Sequence record: MZ443769.1
Direction: 5' to 3' (one strand)
Length of the DNA stretch: 64,000 nucleotides
Shown: positions 35,971-45,187 of the stretch, piece after piece
How the letters are laid out: every line of letters begins with the position of its first letter
Numbering within the stretch: the first letter of the stretch is position 1
Program-made: the position numbers and the translations under genes
Notes under the pieces: model-generated
Told to the model about the DNA's origin: nothing
Seen by the model: the letters and a program-made list of their open reading frames with translations, nothing else
Database searches by the model: none

Positions 35971-35977
35971 CTGTAAA
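35971..35977 (+). promoter_or_regulatory. CTGTAAA motif
   Basis: Intergenic, upstream of 36011. Confidence 0.55.
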
Positions 35978-36010
35978 TCCCCTCTATAACTGTTGAGTAA
36001 GGAAAAGAAA

Positions 36011-36376
36011 ATGATTAAACAACTTCCGAACATCGTCAAAGGTATGAACTGTGACGATGCTGCCGATTACGTCGGACTTCACGAGTACAGCGCTACTGTC
36101 AAAGGTACGTGGCGTCTCATTCATGGTTTGAGTGCAAGCGGTGAACGGGTCGTTGTCCTGTCCGTACCTCAAGACCATCATGTGCTGCCTGACTACAAAG
36201 GCGTTCAGACTCTTATCCACTACGGCTTCAAAGAAGTGGACGCTCTGCTTGCGTTGTGTATTCATCGTAACGAGTATGCACAAATGAAGAAGAAAGACAG
36301 AGCTGCCAAACGTAAAGCAGCCGAAGTAAAACAACAACCGCGTCGCAGCGGTCCTGTATCTCTCGACGACCTTTAA
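36011..36376 (+). CDS. hypothetical protein
   Basis: TAAGGA SD before ATG 36011. Confidence 0.7.
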   Translation: MIKQLPNIVKGMNCDDAADYVGLHEYSATVKGTWRLIHGLSASGERVVVLSVPQDHHVLPDYKGVQTLIHYGFKEVDALLALCIHRNEYAQMKKKDRAAKRKAAEVKQQPRRSGPVSLDDL

Positions 36377-36385
36377 GGAACAATC

Positions 36386-37102
36386 ATGACAACTAAACCT
36401 GAACTGAGTGAGTTCGCTAAAAGCGGCCGTATCGTTCGTCAATGTGAAATCCGTCTGGCTCTTGCTGATTGCTATCGGACTCTGCGTGATAACACATTCT
36501 TGCAGTCGATTGAATTGCCTGCTGATGAACGTAAAGCATTCAACATGTTCACGTCTACCATGGACGAAGGCGATTGTGTACGCTTCCAATCCATGGTATC
36601 AACGTGCGCCTTCGCCCTCGATAAGTTTTGCAGTGGCGCACTGACTGATCTCTCTAAACTGATCGCGATTCATTATGATCGCTGCCGTGAAGAAGATAGC
36701 ATCCGCACTTCTATCCATCCGCATCAACAAGCTATCATGGCTGATCTTGCGCGTACTGAGAGTGTCACTGTTCATGTGGCCTCTGTTGAGCCTGAAGAAG
36801 ACATTCGCACGTTCGTTGCGGCTCTGATCGAATACATCAAAGAGCATCTGGACGAAGAAGACCGCGAGCCGTGTGTAATCGAAATCTGCGAAGCGCTTGA
36901 AGGTGAAGAGTACGATATCTTCGCAGACAAGACCGAAGACGAGATGTTCGCGTTCTTGCGTGAAGCGATGTTTGCCACAGACATTCCTGTTGAAGATCTC
37001 AAAGAAGATGTTCTGAATGTTATTCAAGGAAACGGCTGGCCTCAAGTGGGTATCTTCGGGGCTGACGAGGCTGACGATGAAAACTACGCACTCGCTCCTT
37101 AA
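36386..37102 (+). CDS. acidic protein ending in ssrA-tag-like peptide EADDENYALAP
   Basis: TAAGGA SD; C-terminus read directly from the sequence. Confidence 0.8.
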   Translation: MTTKPELSEFAKSGRIVRQCEIRLALADCYRTLRDNTFLQSIELPADERKAFNMFTSTMDEGDCVRFQSMVSTCAFALDKFCSGALTDLSKLIAIHYDRCREEDSIRTSIHPHQQAIMADLARTESVTVHVASVEPEEDIRTFVAALIEYIKEHLDEEDREPCVIEICEALEGEEYDIFADKTEDEMFAFLREAMFATDIPVEDLKEDVLNVIQGNGWPQVGIFGADEADDENYALAP

Positions 37103-37274
37103 TCGTTACTGGCGCGAACTGATCATTGTGATTGTGTTCGCTGCCGTTGCTGCCGCTGTTATTTTTCTTGGAGTAGAAAGCCCTAAGGTTGTCGTGATAG
37201 TGGCAATCATCTGTGCTCTCTACTTCATTGCTGTTCGGGTCTGTAGACCATCTTATGGGGATAAGAAAGAATGA
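37077..37274 (+). CDS. small membrane protein (2 TM)
   Basis: GAGG before ATG 37077; two hydrophobic helices. Confidence 0.55.
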   Translation: MKTTHSLLNRYWRELIIVIVFAAVAAAVIFLGVESPKVVVIVAIICALYFIAVRVCRPSYGDKKE

Positions 37275-37831
37275 AAAAGAATGAAGTTAAACTGAGTGCG
37301 AAAGATATTGAAGCAGGCAAGAAGCAAATCTTAGACATGTGCCTGCATTACGGTATCACTGTTGAAGCTGGTGGCGTGGGTTATGAAACGCTGTACACCG
37401 ATGACATGGATGAAACGCAAGGCGGCTGGTATTGTTCTTTCGATAAGAAGATGAAAGAGCGACTGCGTGAAGCGCGTGTTACTTCGTGGCAGAACATCGG
37501 CATGGTGTCTGATGATACCATCAACGGCTTACTCGTCAATCTGCGTGACTTAGGCACCAAGCTGCGCAATCGCCGCAAAGCAGATCCTCAGACTGGTCTG
37601 ACTAAAGCTGAGACTCTGACTAAAATGAAAGTGGCCAACACAAAAGCTGCGGTCAACAAGTTCCACAGCACGGGTGCTCTGACTGATGAAGAACTCAATC
37701 TTTGCATCAAGCATTATCAAACCTTAGAGCAAGCAATTCATGCAGACCAAACACTGCAACTTGCTTGGGCTTATGTGTCGCAGAGTCTAAACACTCTCGT
37801 CCAGTTTAAAGAAGCACGTAAGCGCAAGTAA
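37271..37831 (+). CDS. hypothetical protein (186 aa)
   Basis: ATGA overlap. Confidence 0.7.
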   Translation: MKKNEVKLSAKDIEAGKKQILDMCLHYGITVEAGGVGYETLYTDDMDETQGGWYCSFDKKMKERLREARVTSWQNIGMVSDDTINGLLVNLRDLGTKLRNRRKADPQTGLTKAETLTKMKVANTKAAVNKFHSTGALTDEELNLCIKHYQTLEQAIHADQTLQLAWAYVSQSLNTLVQFKEARKRK

Positions 37832-37834
37832 CAT

Positions 37835-37865
37835 AATGGGAGATCTCGACAAGAGGTTTCCCATT
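37835..37865. terminator. 13-bp intergenic hairpin
   Basis: AATGGGAGATCTC/GAGGTTTCCCATT; weak U tract. Confidence 0.5.
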
Positions 37866-37887
37866 AGTCATTTCTGGAGCAAATTTT

Positions 37888-38862
37888 ATGAAGTACGGAT
37901 TCGCCTGCAAGCTGATTGATAACAAGGGCAAACAGCCTTTCCCTAATCGCAGTATCAGCTACAAACACTTCGCACCGTTAACTGACGAAGACCAGAGACT
38001 CAAACTGATTGAGATCGCTACGCACAACCTGACAATGTTGCTCGCTATGATTCACTATGTCGGACGCTTGCGTATGGACTTGCGTATGTTCCGCATAACA
38101 AGCGAACTGCTTCCTCTGTACACGCATCCGAAAGTCAGTGCATTGTATCAAGAGCCTCACATACGATCATTGATTGAACCAATGCTTGCTGCGTGTGGTC
38201 GTGCTGCGCGTACACGTCAAGTTCGTTTGTCGTTTCACCCAGGACAATTCACTGTACTTGCATCTGACCGACCAGAAGTTGTCGTGTCTGCAATTGAAGA
38301 ACTTGAGTACCACGCATACTGTGCATATCAGATGGGATACGGCAGAAAGTTCCAAGACTTCAAAATCAACATTCATCTGAGTGGCCGACTCCGTGCAGAA
38401 GGTTTCCGTGCTGCGTTCAAACTCCTGTCACCTCACTGTCGTCGTATGTTGACCGTCGAGAATGACGAGATCACCAGCAGCATCGAAGACGTGTTAACTC
38501 TAGGTGACTTGTGCCCGATCGTCTTGGACGTGCATCATCATTGGGTAATGACTAACGAATACATTCTGCCTACAGATGATCGCGTTAAGCGCGTGATAGA
38601 CTCGTGGCGCGGCGTTCGACCTGTTGCACACTATTCAGTGTCTCGACCTGAGCATGTACCGTCACGTGGTATGCCCGATCAGAACAAGCTGCAAGCTAAC
38701 AGAATGCAGTTACGCGCTCACGCTGAATACTATCACAATGAAGACGTAAACGACTGGGTCCGCACTTTCTCTGATTTCGACATAATGTGCGAGTCAAAAG
38801 CTAAAAATCTAGCTCGCTTAAAATTGGTGTATTTTGAGTCAACTCTGCATATAATAGGCTGA
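37888..38862 (+). CDS. uvsE: UV damage endonuclease (UVDE)
   Basis: RLSFHPGQFTVLAS, LTVENDE, LDVHHHW, HYSVS, DIMCESKAK motifs. Confidence 0.92.
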   Translation: MKYGFACKLIDNKGKQPFPNRSISYKHFAPLTDEDQRLKLIEIATHNLTMLLAMIHYVGRLRMDLRMFRITSELLPLYTHPKVSALYQEPHIRSLIEPMLAACGRAARTRQVRLSFHPGQFTVLASDRPEVVVSAIEELEYHAYCAYQMGYGRKFQDFKINIHLSGRLRAEGFRAAFKLLSPHCRRMLTVENDEITSSIEDVLTLGDLCPIVLDVHHHWVMTNEYILPTDDRVKRVIDSWRGVRPVAHYSVSRPEHVPSRGMPDQNKLQANRMQLRAHAEYYHNEDVNDWVRTFSDFDIMCESKAKNLARLKLVYFESTLHIIG

Positions 38863-38899
38863 AATACGGCTTGTGCTGTAGGTCGCACCGTGATAAACT
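38844..38899 (+). promoter_or_regulatory. early promoter (upstream element + extended -10)
   Basis: TCTGCATATAATAGGCTGAAATAC...TTGTGC-17-TAAACT with TG. Confidence 0.75.
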
Positions 38900-38953
38900 G
38901 TACATGAGCACTTTTGCTCGTTTAGCTTGTCTAAAAAGACATAAGGAAACGCT

Positions 38954-39247
38954 ATGTACACTAATCACATTATCGCAAAGAAACCTGCTGCACCTCTGAC
39001 GTATTCAGCAAGCAACACGTATGAACAACGCGACCGCATCTCCTGCATCTGGCCTGGCTGTCTCGATGTTCCTGCTGCAATTAAACGTTGGTGCCGTGCT
39101 CATGAGATTATGATCGATCTCGATTCCTATATGCGCGTTCGATTTCGAGGACGTCGTGCGGATATCCTGACATTGATTGCAACTCACATTGCGCCTAACA
39201 ATTCTGAACTGACCGCACGTATCGTCAGCACAATCACAGAGGCTTAA
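38954..39247 (+). CDS. hypothetical protein (97 aa)
   Basis: TAAGGA SD. Confidence 0.7.
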   Translation: MYTNHIIAKKPAAPLTYSASNTYEQRDRISCIWPGCLDVPAAIKRWCRAHEIMIDLDSYMRVRFRGRRADILTLIATHIAPNNSELTARIVSTITEA

Positions 39248-39248
39248 A

Positions 39249-39512
39249 ATGAAAATCGAAAGAATGGAAGCTACCTATGAGTTGCGTGATACGAAAGCGG
39301 CTTTAGTTGAGAAGAGGGGCTTTCGTACCGTTGAGTCGAAGTATGTTGACGGTACGGAGGTTAGATTACAACGGAGAGACCACGAGGTTCTCGAACGTAT
39401 CGTTGTAGGCTACGACAGATTTGGTCGTGCCGTGTACGGGTCACTCGTACCACAACGTTCGTTCGAAGTGCGTGACAGCAAGGACGGCGTACCTCAAGTG
39501 CCAGCTCCCTAG
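39249..39512 (+). CDS. hypothetical protein (87 aa)
   Basis: GAGG SD. Confidence 0.65.
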   Translation: MKIERMEATYELRDTKAALVEKRGFRTVESKYVDGTEVRLQRRDHEVLERIVVGYDRFGRAVYGSLVPQRSFEVRDSKDGVPQVPAP

Positions 39513-39589
39513 CAAGCTCACAACAAGAAGCCATAGAATATACAAACTCAAAAATAATTCTGTGCTTAAACCTAGTGGGGTGTCACAAA

Positions 39590-39967
39590 ATGATCGTCAT
39601 CTGTAATTCTTCGAAAGACTTTTCTTTTGAACGGTTGTCACACGGGGACGCATTTGTTTTTGGAAAGACACGCATGTTACTACGTGCGGACTTTATCGTC
39701 CTGACCGACAAGAACAATGCTTTCTATGTTATACGCAAATCTGATGTTGTTTGGTCGCCGGAACTTACTGGTGCAACGCAAATGGTGAAAGTCCGGGCGT
39801 TTGCCCAGATTAAACCGTTCGAACTAAACACTGCATGTCCGCAATTCAACAGCCGCGTATACGGAACAGTAGCTTTTCGCAACACGCACTTTGAGTATCG
39901 GTTAAATCACCTACAATATAAACCAACACAGTTCGGAGGTTTACATGGCACGGTATCATGTGTTTAG
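39590..39967 (+). CDS. hypothetical protein
   Basis: GGGGTG SD before ATG 39590. Confidence 0.55.
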   Translation: MIVICNSSKDFSFERLSHGDAFVFGKTRMLLRADFIVLTDKNNAFYVIRKSDVVWSPELTGATQMVKVRAFAQIKPFELNTACPQFNSRVYGTVAFRNTHFEYRLNHLQYKPTQFGGLHGTVSCV

Positions 39968-40193
39968 CGCTACCCATCAGTATTACGGCGAAGCTTACGC
40001 TGGGACATATCTTAAAGATATCGACATGGGCGTAACGCTGAACCAAGCGGAGTTCAAGGACTTCGCCTCAGCCAAAACTTGTGCGGATAAATTGCATGAG
40101 GTTTGCGATATAGGCTGGATTGTCTACAACGCATTTTCTGAAATGCCGATGTACGACACTCGGACGTCTACTGACGAGTCTGTAAATACATAA
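39945..40193 (+). CDS. hypothetical protein (82 aa)
   Basis: GGAGGT SD. Confidence 0.65.
   Translation: MARYHVFSATHQYYGEAYAGTYLKDIDMGVTLNQAEFKDFASAKTCADKLHEVCDIGWIVYNAFSEMPMYDTRTSTDESVNT
40180..40186 (+). promoter_or_regulatory. CTGTAAA motif
   Basis: At the 3' end of the upstream ORF, ~80 nt before 40264. Confidence 0.4.
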
Positions 40194-40263
40194 CAGGCCC
40201 GCCTACATCTTCCAGTGTGATGCTTACGGGCTTCACGCAAATTCACTTAAATGAGGTTTTACT

Positions 40264-40773
40264 ATGAAACGTTTTATCACTGCTATCGCTTTTGTTGTTG
40301 CTTCTTCTAACGCATTCGCTTCTGCCCAGTACGTTGCGCCAACAATTAGCGGACTGAACCCAAGCACTGACCTGACTATCACTCATGCACTTGATAGTTC
40401 TTGCAGCACAAAGCTGGCGACTGCTATCGATCTGCGTGGTGGCCTTGTTGATTTTGCTGTCAACAAGAATACCATCGACACTAAACCTCTGTGGCCTCTG
40501 CTGTGTAGTCCGACAGTTGAAGCCACTAAAGTGGATGTGGAACGTGCGGGGCAAGACATTACTCTGACCTATATCAACCGCGATAAATCAATGCCTAAGC
40601 TGATTATCGTTATGCAGCGCGTCGAATCTGAGAACGACGATGATGCGCCAACGTATCAGATCGTCCGCGTAGGCGATATGAATGCTATGGGCTATGAAGA
40701 ACAAGCGGCACTGCAAGACTGGCTGCTTGATTGCTACGCTGCAACTAATCAAGATTCGTTGGCGCTGAACTAA
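40264..40773 (+). CDS. putative secreted/periplasmic protein
   Basis: Sec-type signal MKRFITAIAFVVASSNAFA; two Cys. Confidence 0.7.
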   Translation: MKRFITAIAFVVASSNAFASAQYVAPTISGLNPSTDLTITHALDSSCSTKLATAIDLRGGLVDFAVNKNTIDTKPLWPLLCSPTVEATKVDVERAGQDITLTYINRDKSMPKLIIVMQRVESENDDDAPTYQIVRVGDMNAMGYEEQAALQDWLLDCYAATNQDSLALN

Positions 40774-41075
40774 TGGCTAAAACGAAAACCATGCTGACGT
40801 ATTCTAATCAGTTGCAGAAAGATATCTCAAAGCCTGAAGACTGGCAGTTGTTCAAGGCCATGCTGCTTAATCTTCGGCTTGCTGTACTGACTGAACCTAA
40901 GCCTCATGCTAAAGTGCGTGAACTATGTCGCACTTGGTATAGTGGCGGGAAATATCGAAGCCCGATTTGTGATTCAACCCTTATTCGTTTGTCTTCAACA
41001 AAGAAAGCGCATACGCTGTTAGACGAACTCATTGAACTTTATGTTGGTATTGAGGAAAAGAATGATGACCAGTAA
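40773..41075 (+). CDS. hypothetical protein (100 aa)
   Basis: TAATG overlap. Confidence 0.65.
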   Translation: MAKTKTMLTYSNQLQKDISKPEDWQLFKAMLLNLRLAVLTEPKPHAKVRELCRTWYSGGKYRSPICDSTLIRLSSTKKAHTLLDELIELYVGIEEKNDDQ

Positions 41076-42132
41076 ACCTGTTATGAGTGCAACCCAAATT
41101 GAAAACCGTCGCGTGACTGGTGTGCGCAACAAAGTTACTGCTGCCTTGCAAGGTGGTTTCGATGCAATGCGTGTGCCGCGTCCTGATCAAAGCCATGTGC
41201 GTGATGCTTTCCGCTTCATTGCTAATCAGGTTCTTCACGCAGGCGCACAGTTCAAGTATGAAGACACTAGGCCGAGTCATGCAGCCGCGTACGATATTAT
41301 TCGTCAGTACGAAATCAAACTCACTGGACCTCAAGCGCGAATCGCTCGCCCTGATGTTATTGTTGATTTTGAAGATCTGCTGCGTCCGAACTTGCAAGCA
41401 GTCTGGCCGAGCGTTCTGCGTAATCTAACGATCACAAACTCGTTGCTTCGCACTCCAGATTCGAACGTATTCTCTCCTGACCCTGATGCGAATACACAAA
41501 ACCTGATGAACTCGCTTGCGTTCTGGTTCACTGAACTCGGCTTGAAAAATATGCTTATCGATCCTTCAATCGTTGAGCACACCAACTTAGTATCGATCAA
41601 CGTTGTCACTGCGGCATCGCACTATGATCTGTCTGCGTGTGATTGGGAGTATCGCAACCGTCTCTACGGCCGCTCGTATGAACCTGATACACAAGAAGTC
41701 CCAGACTGGAAAAAGCCAGCACCTTCGAACTGCACCTGCAACACAAGTTCTTATGACGACGATTGTCCTGCTCACGATACAGGCGATGATATTGACGATG
41801 AAGTTCCTGCTTTCTATACAGACCGATACATCGTCGAATTCGAACACAGCCTGCGTGACGTTGATTTCAACGCTGAAAGGCCTGCACCAGTTGCCTTAGA
41901 TTCCGTACAACAAAAACAGCGCTTCAAGAAAGCAAAGTCTAAAACACCTCGTGGCGGCACGTTCGATTTCATGCCTCAATGGTATGTGCTTGATGAACGT
42001 GAAGCGAAAGGCGTATACTTCGCTGTCGTGCTTATGTCTCGTTCTACAGTCGGTATCCCAGTTGTTACTGCGACAACCCGCGAAGCTCTCGCAATCGCAG
42101 AAGTCCTGCACTCGTTCGAATTCGACAAATAG
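41062..42132 (+). CDS. hypothetical protein
   Basis: GAGGA SD before ATG 41062. Confidence 0.8.
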   Translation: MMTSKPVMSATQIENRRVTGVRNKVTAALQGGFDAMRVPRPDQSHVRDAFRFIANQVLHAGAQFKYEDTRPSHAAAYDIIRQYEIKLTGPQARIARPDVIVDFEDLLRPNLQAVWPSVLRNLTITNSLLRTPDSNVFSPDPDANTQNLMNSLAFWFTELGLKNMLIDPSIVEHTNLVSINVVTAASHYDLSACDWEYRNRLYGRSYEPDTQEVPDWKKPAPSNCTCNTSSYDDDCPAHDTGDDIDDEVPAFYTDRYIVEFEHSLRDVDFNAERPAPVALDSVQQKQRFKKAKSKTPRGGTFDFMPQWYVLDEREAKGVYFAVVLMSRSTVGIPVVTATTREALAIAEVLHSFEFDK

Positions 42133-42139
42133 CAGGTAG

Positions 42140-42177
42140 AAACAGCGCTCGAAATGAACGCACTTCTATGATATAAT
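42140..42177 (+). promoter_or_regulatory. early promoter
   Basis: AAACAG-26 nt-TATAAT with extended TG. Confidence 0.65.
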
Positions 42178-42243
42178 CATAGCTAGAGCATATCGCTCTC
42201 ACGTAACCTTTAAACATACGTTAATCAGTAACGGGAATATATA

Positions 42244-42546
42244 ATGGCTCGCACACTCTCACGCAAGAAAGCACTCGCCCTCATGTCTGACGCTTACAAC
42301 TCAAAACACGAACAATACCTTCCACGACTTATGGCGGAAGATATGGAATCGAAACACCTCTTCGAATTCCGTGAGCAAGTTGTCGCTAAGATTCAGGCGG
42401 GCGAGAATCCCTCTAAAGTTGTCGATGATATGATCGATACCGCGATTCGCGTTACTCTGGTCCGTCGTCGCACGAGCAATGACTATAATCCAAAACTTTC
42501 TGATGTGCTCACCGACGAACTGCGTGATGCACTGCGTAACTTATAA
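42244..42546 (+). CDS. hypothetical protein (100 aa)
   Basis: ORF track; follows a promoter. Confidence 0.75.
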   Translation: MARTLSRKKALALMSDAYNSKHEQYLPRLMAEDMESKHLFEFREQVVAKIQAGENPSKVVDDMIDTAIRVTLVRRRTSNDYNPKLSDVLTDELRDALRNL

Positions 42547-42554
42547 GGTATAAA

Positions 42555-43115
42555 ATGAAAAGCTACGGTTACTTTTTGGTTCTTAACCACATCGCACTCG
42601 CGGTTGACAATCCCAGCAAGGAGGCTGGGTTCAAGTCTCTTATCGAACTTGATATGTTCAATCGTGCTTCCTCAATCGTTCTGCCTGATGCTGAGCCGAA
42701 AGGTTTCAAGCTCGCAAAAGATTTGACGGAAGCTATCTATCCTGCGTCTGCTGACGTTCAACCAACAATCGGCCAACGCATGATGATGGTGCAAGCCCTT
42801 CATGACCAAGAAGTAGCCGCACTGTTAGGCGATACAACGATCTTTGTCGCTCATTCATTCACTAATGATGAATTGATGACACGCTTTGGTTTCTTCTACG
42901 ACGGTACAGACACTGCGCTGTTCATGCCGTACTACTTGCGCAAACACATCATGGCAGATCAAGCGGTCTTCTGTGAAGGTAAGCTGACGAGTTTTGATTA
43001 TGCCTGTTCAAACGGTGCAATCACACCTCATGTCCATTCTTACGGTTTGCTGACTGCGCAAGCTTATGGTCACGATACAATGCCAGCTAAGTACCGTCAC
43101 AATTTTCTTCTCTGA
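42555..43115 (+). CDS. hypothetical protein (186 aa)
   Basis: TAAGGT SD. Confidence 0.75.
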   Translation: MKSYGYFLVLNHIALAVDNPSKEAGFKSLIELDMFNRASSIVLPDAEPKGFKLAKDLTEAIYPASADVQPTIGQRMMMVQALHDQEVAALLGDTTIFVAHSFTNDELMTRFGFFYDGTDTALFMPYYLRKHIMADQAVFCEGKLTSFDYACSNGAITPHVHSYGLLTAQAYGHDTMPAKYRHNFLL

Positions 43116-43129
43116 CGGAGGCCGCACTC

Positions 43130-43576
43130 ATGGGTGTAGTCAAAGGTATCACATCGACTGAGTTTCCAGCTCGCGACCGCGACGAGTATTCGCAAGTCAT
43201 TATTCAAATGTCTGACGGTACATTCAGCGCAACGCTAATGCGACGAGATCGTACGGAGCCGCTGAATACAATCTGGCGTATCGACGGCGACTGTCTGCCT
43301 GAAGAATTCTTTCAAGGCACTCGCCCTCTGTATGTGTCTGCATCGTATCTGCAAGACAACGGCAAGAGCTTGTTAGTTGCAGCAGGTCCGAATGAAGGTC
43401 TGTTCTGCGAAGTCTGTTTTGATTTTGATTTGAAGTCAAAAGTTGACGGCGTTGTTCTTACACACCGTGCTAACCAAACAATCATTCAGATTCTGAGCGG
43501 ACCTCATGAAGGTCGCATCGTCAGTTCTGCTGAGTGTCAATATTCAATTCTCCCATATAAAGGAGTTAAGCTGTGA
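43130..43576 (+). CDS. hypothetical protein (148 aa)
   Basis: GGAGG SD. Confidence 0.75.
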   Translation: MGVVKGITSTEFPARDRDEYSQVIIQMSDGTFSATLMRRDRTEPLNTIWRIDGDCLPEEFFQGTRPLYVSASYLQDNGKSLLVAAGPNEGLFCEVCFDFDLKSKVDGVVLTHRANQTIIQILSGPHEGRIVSSAECQYSILPYKGVKL

Positions 43577-43755
43577 TCAAGTTTAAAGTTCTCGTAATCT
43601 CTACCGTTGTCCGTGGCTGTGAGTCGGGCGCAGGTGTCAGTCAGACCGTGCTGGACTTCGACACAAAAGAAGAGGCTGATACTGCCGCAGATCGAATCAA
43701 CGGCACAAAGTCCGTAGAGTATTACTTAAAGAATCAGGCTATCCCACTCTACTGA
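43573..43755 (+). CDS. hypothetical protein (60 aa)
   Basis: AAGGAG SD; GTGA overlap. Confidence 0.6.
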   Translation: MIKFKVLVISTVVRGCESGAGVSQTVLDFDTKEEADTAADRINGTKSVEYYLKNQAIPLY

Positions 43756-43768
43756 TTTAGGTGATGCT

Positions 43769-44032
43769 ATGAGCAAAGGTAATTTCATGAAGCGCCTTGA
43801 AGCGGGCGAGACGTTCTACATGTACGTGTCTGGAAAAGACTGCACTCCAATCGCTCTTGGTCACGATGCTAATATTACGGACTTGCGTGTTGCTATAGGC
43901 GGACTTGCGTTTGCTCACAACCTCAAGAAAGTAAAAGTATCTTTTAGTCGCAACATCATGGCAGACCCTGATGGTGTTGTGTATTTCGATATCGTTCAAA
44001 CAATCACTGTTAAAAAAGAAAAGGTGTACTAA
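43769..44032 (+). CDS. hypothetical protein (87 aa)
   Basis: AGGTG SD. Confidence 0.65.
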   Translation: MSKGNFMKRLEAGETFYMYVSGKDCTPIALGHDANITDLRVAIGGLAFAHNLKKVKVSFSRNIMADPDGVVYFDIVQTITVKKEKVY

Positions 44033-44568
44033 TGCAATTTCTCGTTAAGCCAGACCTGAATCGTTACCCAGATTTCATCGTACCAAAGCGTGGCTCTGCG
44101 CAAGCTGCTGGTATTGATCTGTTCGCTCAACAGGATATGATCATTACTGCTGATACTGAGCTGTTCGACCTGGGTTTTCAAGCTGCTGTGCCTGATGGTT
44201 ACGTTGCTATTATTTTCCCTCGTAGTGGTCTTGGCGCTAAGTTCAATGTGCAACTGTCGAACACTACTGGCGTTATTGATAGTGACTATCGTGGCGAGTG
44301 GAAAGCTGCTATTCATCTCGGCGGTAAAGGTACGCAAGTCGATCAACTTGATTGGCTGAGCGCTGCGTATCTGCAATCGGACATGGACGAATTCCCTGAC
44401 CTCGACGATGACGAAGATCAGAAAGCATTGCTGATCAAACGCGGCGAAGCTTACGCACAGGTACTCTTCTTTGAAGTGCCTCTGATGGAAGTTGCGCTGG
44501 CCGAAGAACTGCCTGATACAGAACGCGGTGATGGTGGCTTCGGTTCTACAACTGCACCACGTGTCTAA
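44032..44568 (+). CDS. dut: trimeric dUTPase with acidic insertion
   Basis: AGIDL, PRSGLG, GVIDSDYRGE, AQV, RGDGGFGST motifs. Confidence 0.95.
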   Translation: MQFLVKPDLNRYPDFIVPKRGSAQAAGIDLFAQQDMIITADTELFDLGFQAAVPDGYVAIIFPRSGLGAKFNVQLSNTTGVIDSDYRGEWKAAIHLGGKGTQVDQLDWLSAAYLQSDMDEFPDLDDDEDQKALLIKRGEAYAQVLFFEVPLMEVALAEELPDTERGDGGFGSTTAPRV

Positions 44569-44785
44569 TTGGCCAGCGATAGCCATCGCGTATTATCTCG
44601 TTGGTTGTGTTATGGCTTATCGTGATTTCAAAGTGGCTAGTGCGGAAGTCAAGAAAGATTCTTACAAGACAACCATTCTTGGCAAAATGCCTCGATATAA
44701 AATTGTTTTGTTAGCTCTGATGATTTCCGCCATCGTGGTGTTCATTGATATCCCCACGTGGCCATTTAGGAAGAAACGTTCTTAA
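44561..44785 (+). CDS. small membrane protein
   Basis: Probable GTG start overlapping the dut stop; two hydrophobic stretches. Confidence 0.45.
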   Translation: MSNWPAIAIAYYLVGCVMAYRDFKVASAEVKKDSYKTTILGKMPRYKIVLLALMISAIVVFIDIPTWPFRKKRS

Positions 44786-44833
44786 ACACGAAGGGTCCTT
44801 CACTGGGCCCTCATTTATCGTAATATAAACACT

Positions 44834-45148
44834 ATGAGAAAGAAAACTTGCTTGCTGCCACGAGAGCGTAAAAGCCCGCTAAAGAACATGCGCGCCTATC
44901 TCGCATTTCTCGCCCGGAAACCCAATGATAATCGCAGAGTATTAGAAGCGTATTGCAATGCAGCGTTAGCTCAAATGCGCCGTGACAGATTCTTTGTTGG
45001 CAGGCTCTTTGCTCATAAAGTGTATACGAAGTCGAACAAGGTCGCATACACAGTTGTCTGGATTGACCCATACAACTACGACTGTCTTGTTCTCAATCAC
45101 AGAGAGAGGAAAGTAGAATTTAAAAATCTATATGGCCTGATTCTTTGA
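44834..45148 (+). CDS. hypothetical basic protein (104 aa)
   Basis: ORF track; weak SD. Confidence 0.5.
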   Translation: MRKKTCLLPRERKSPLKNMRAYLAFLARKPNDNRRVLEAYCNAALAQMRRDRFFVGRLFAHKVYTKSNKVAYTVVWIDPYNYDCLVLNHRERKVEFKNLYGLIL

Positions 45149-45187
45149 TTAGGTCCTAGCGCCTACACACTAGGAGATATTCCAAAA

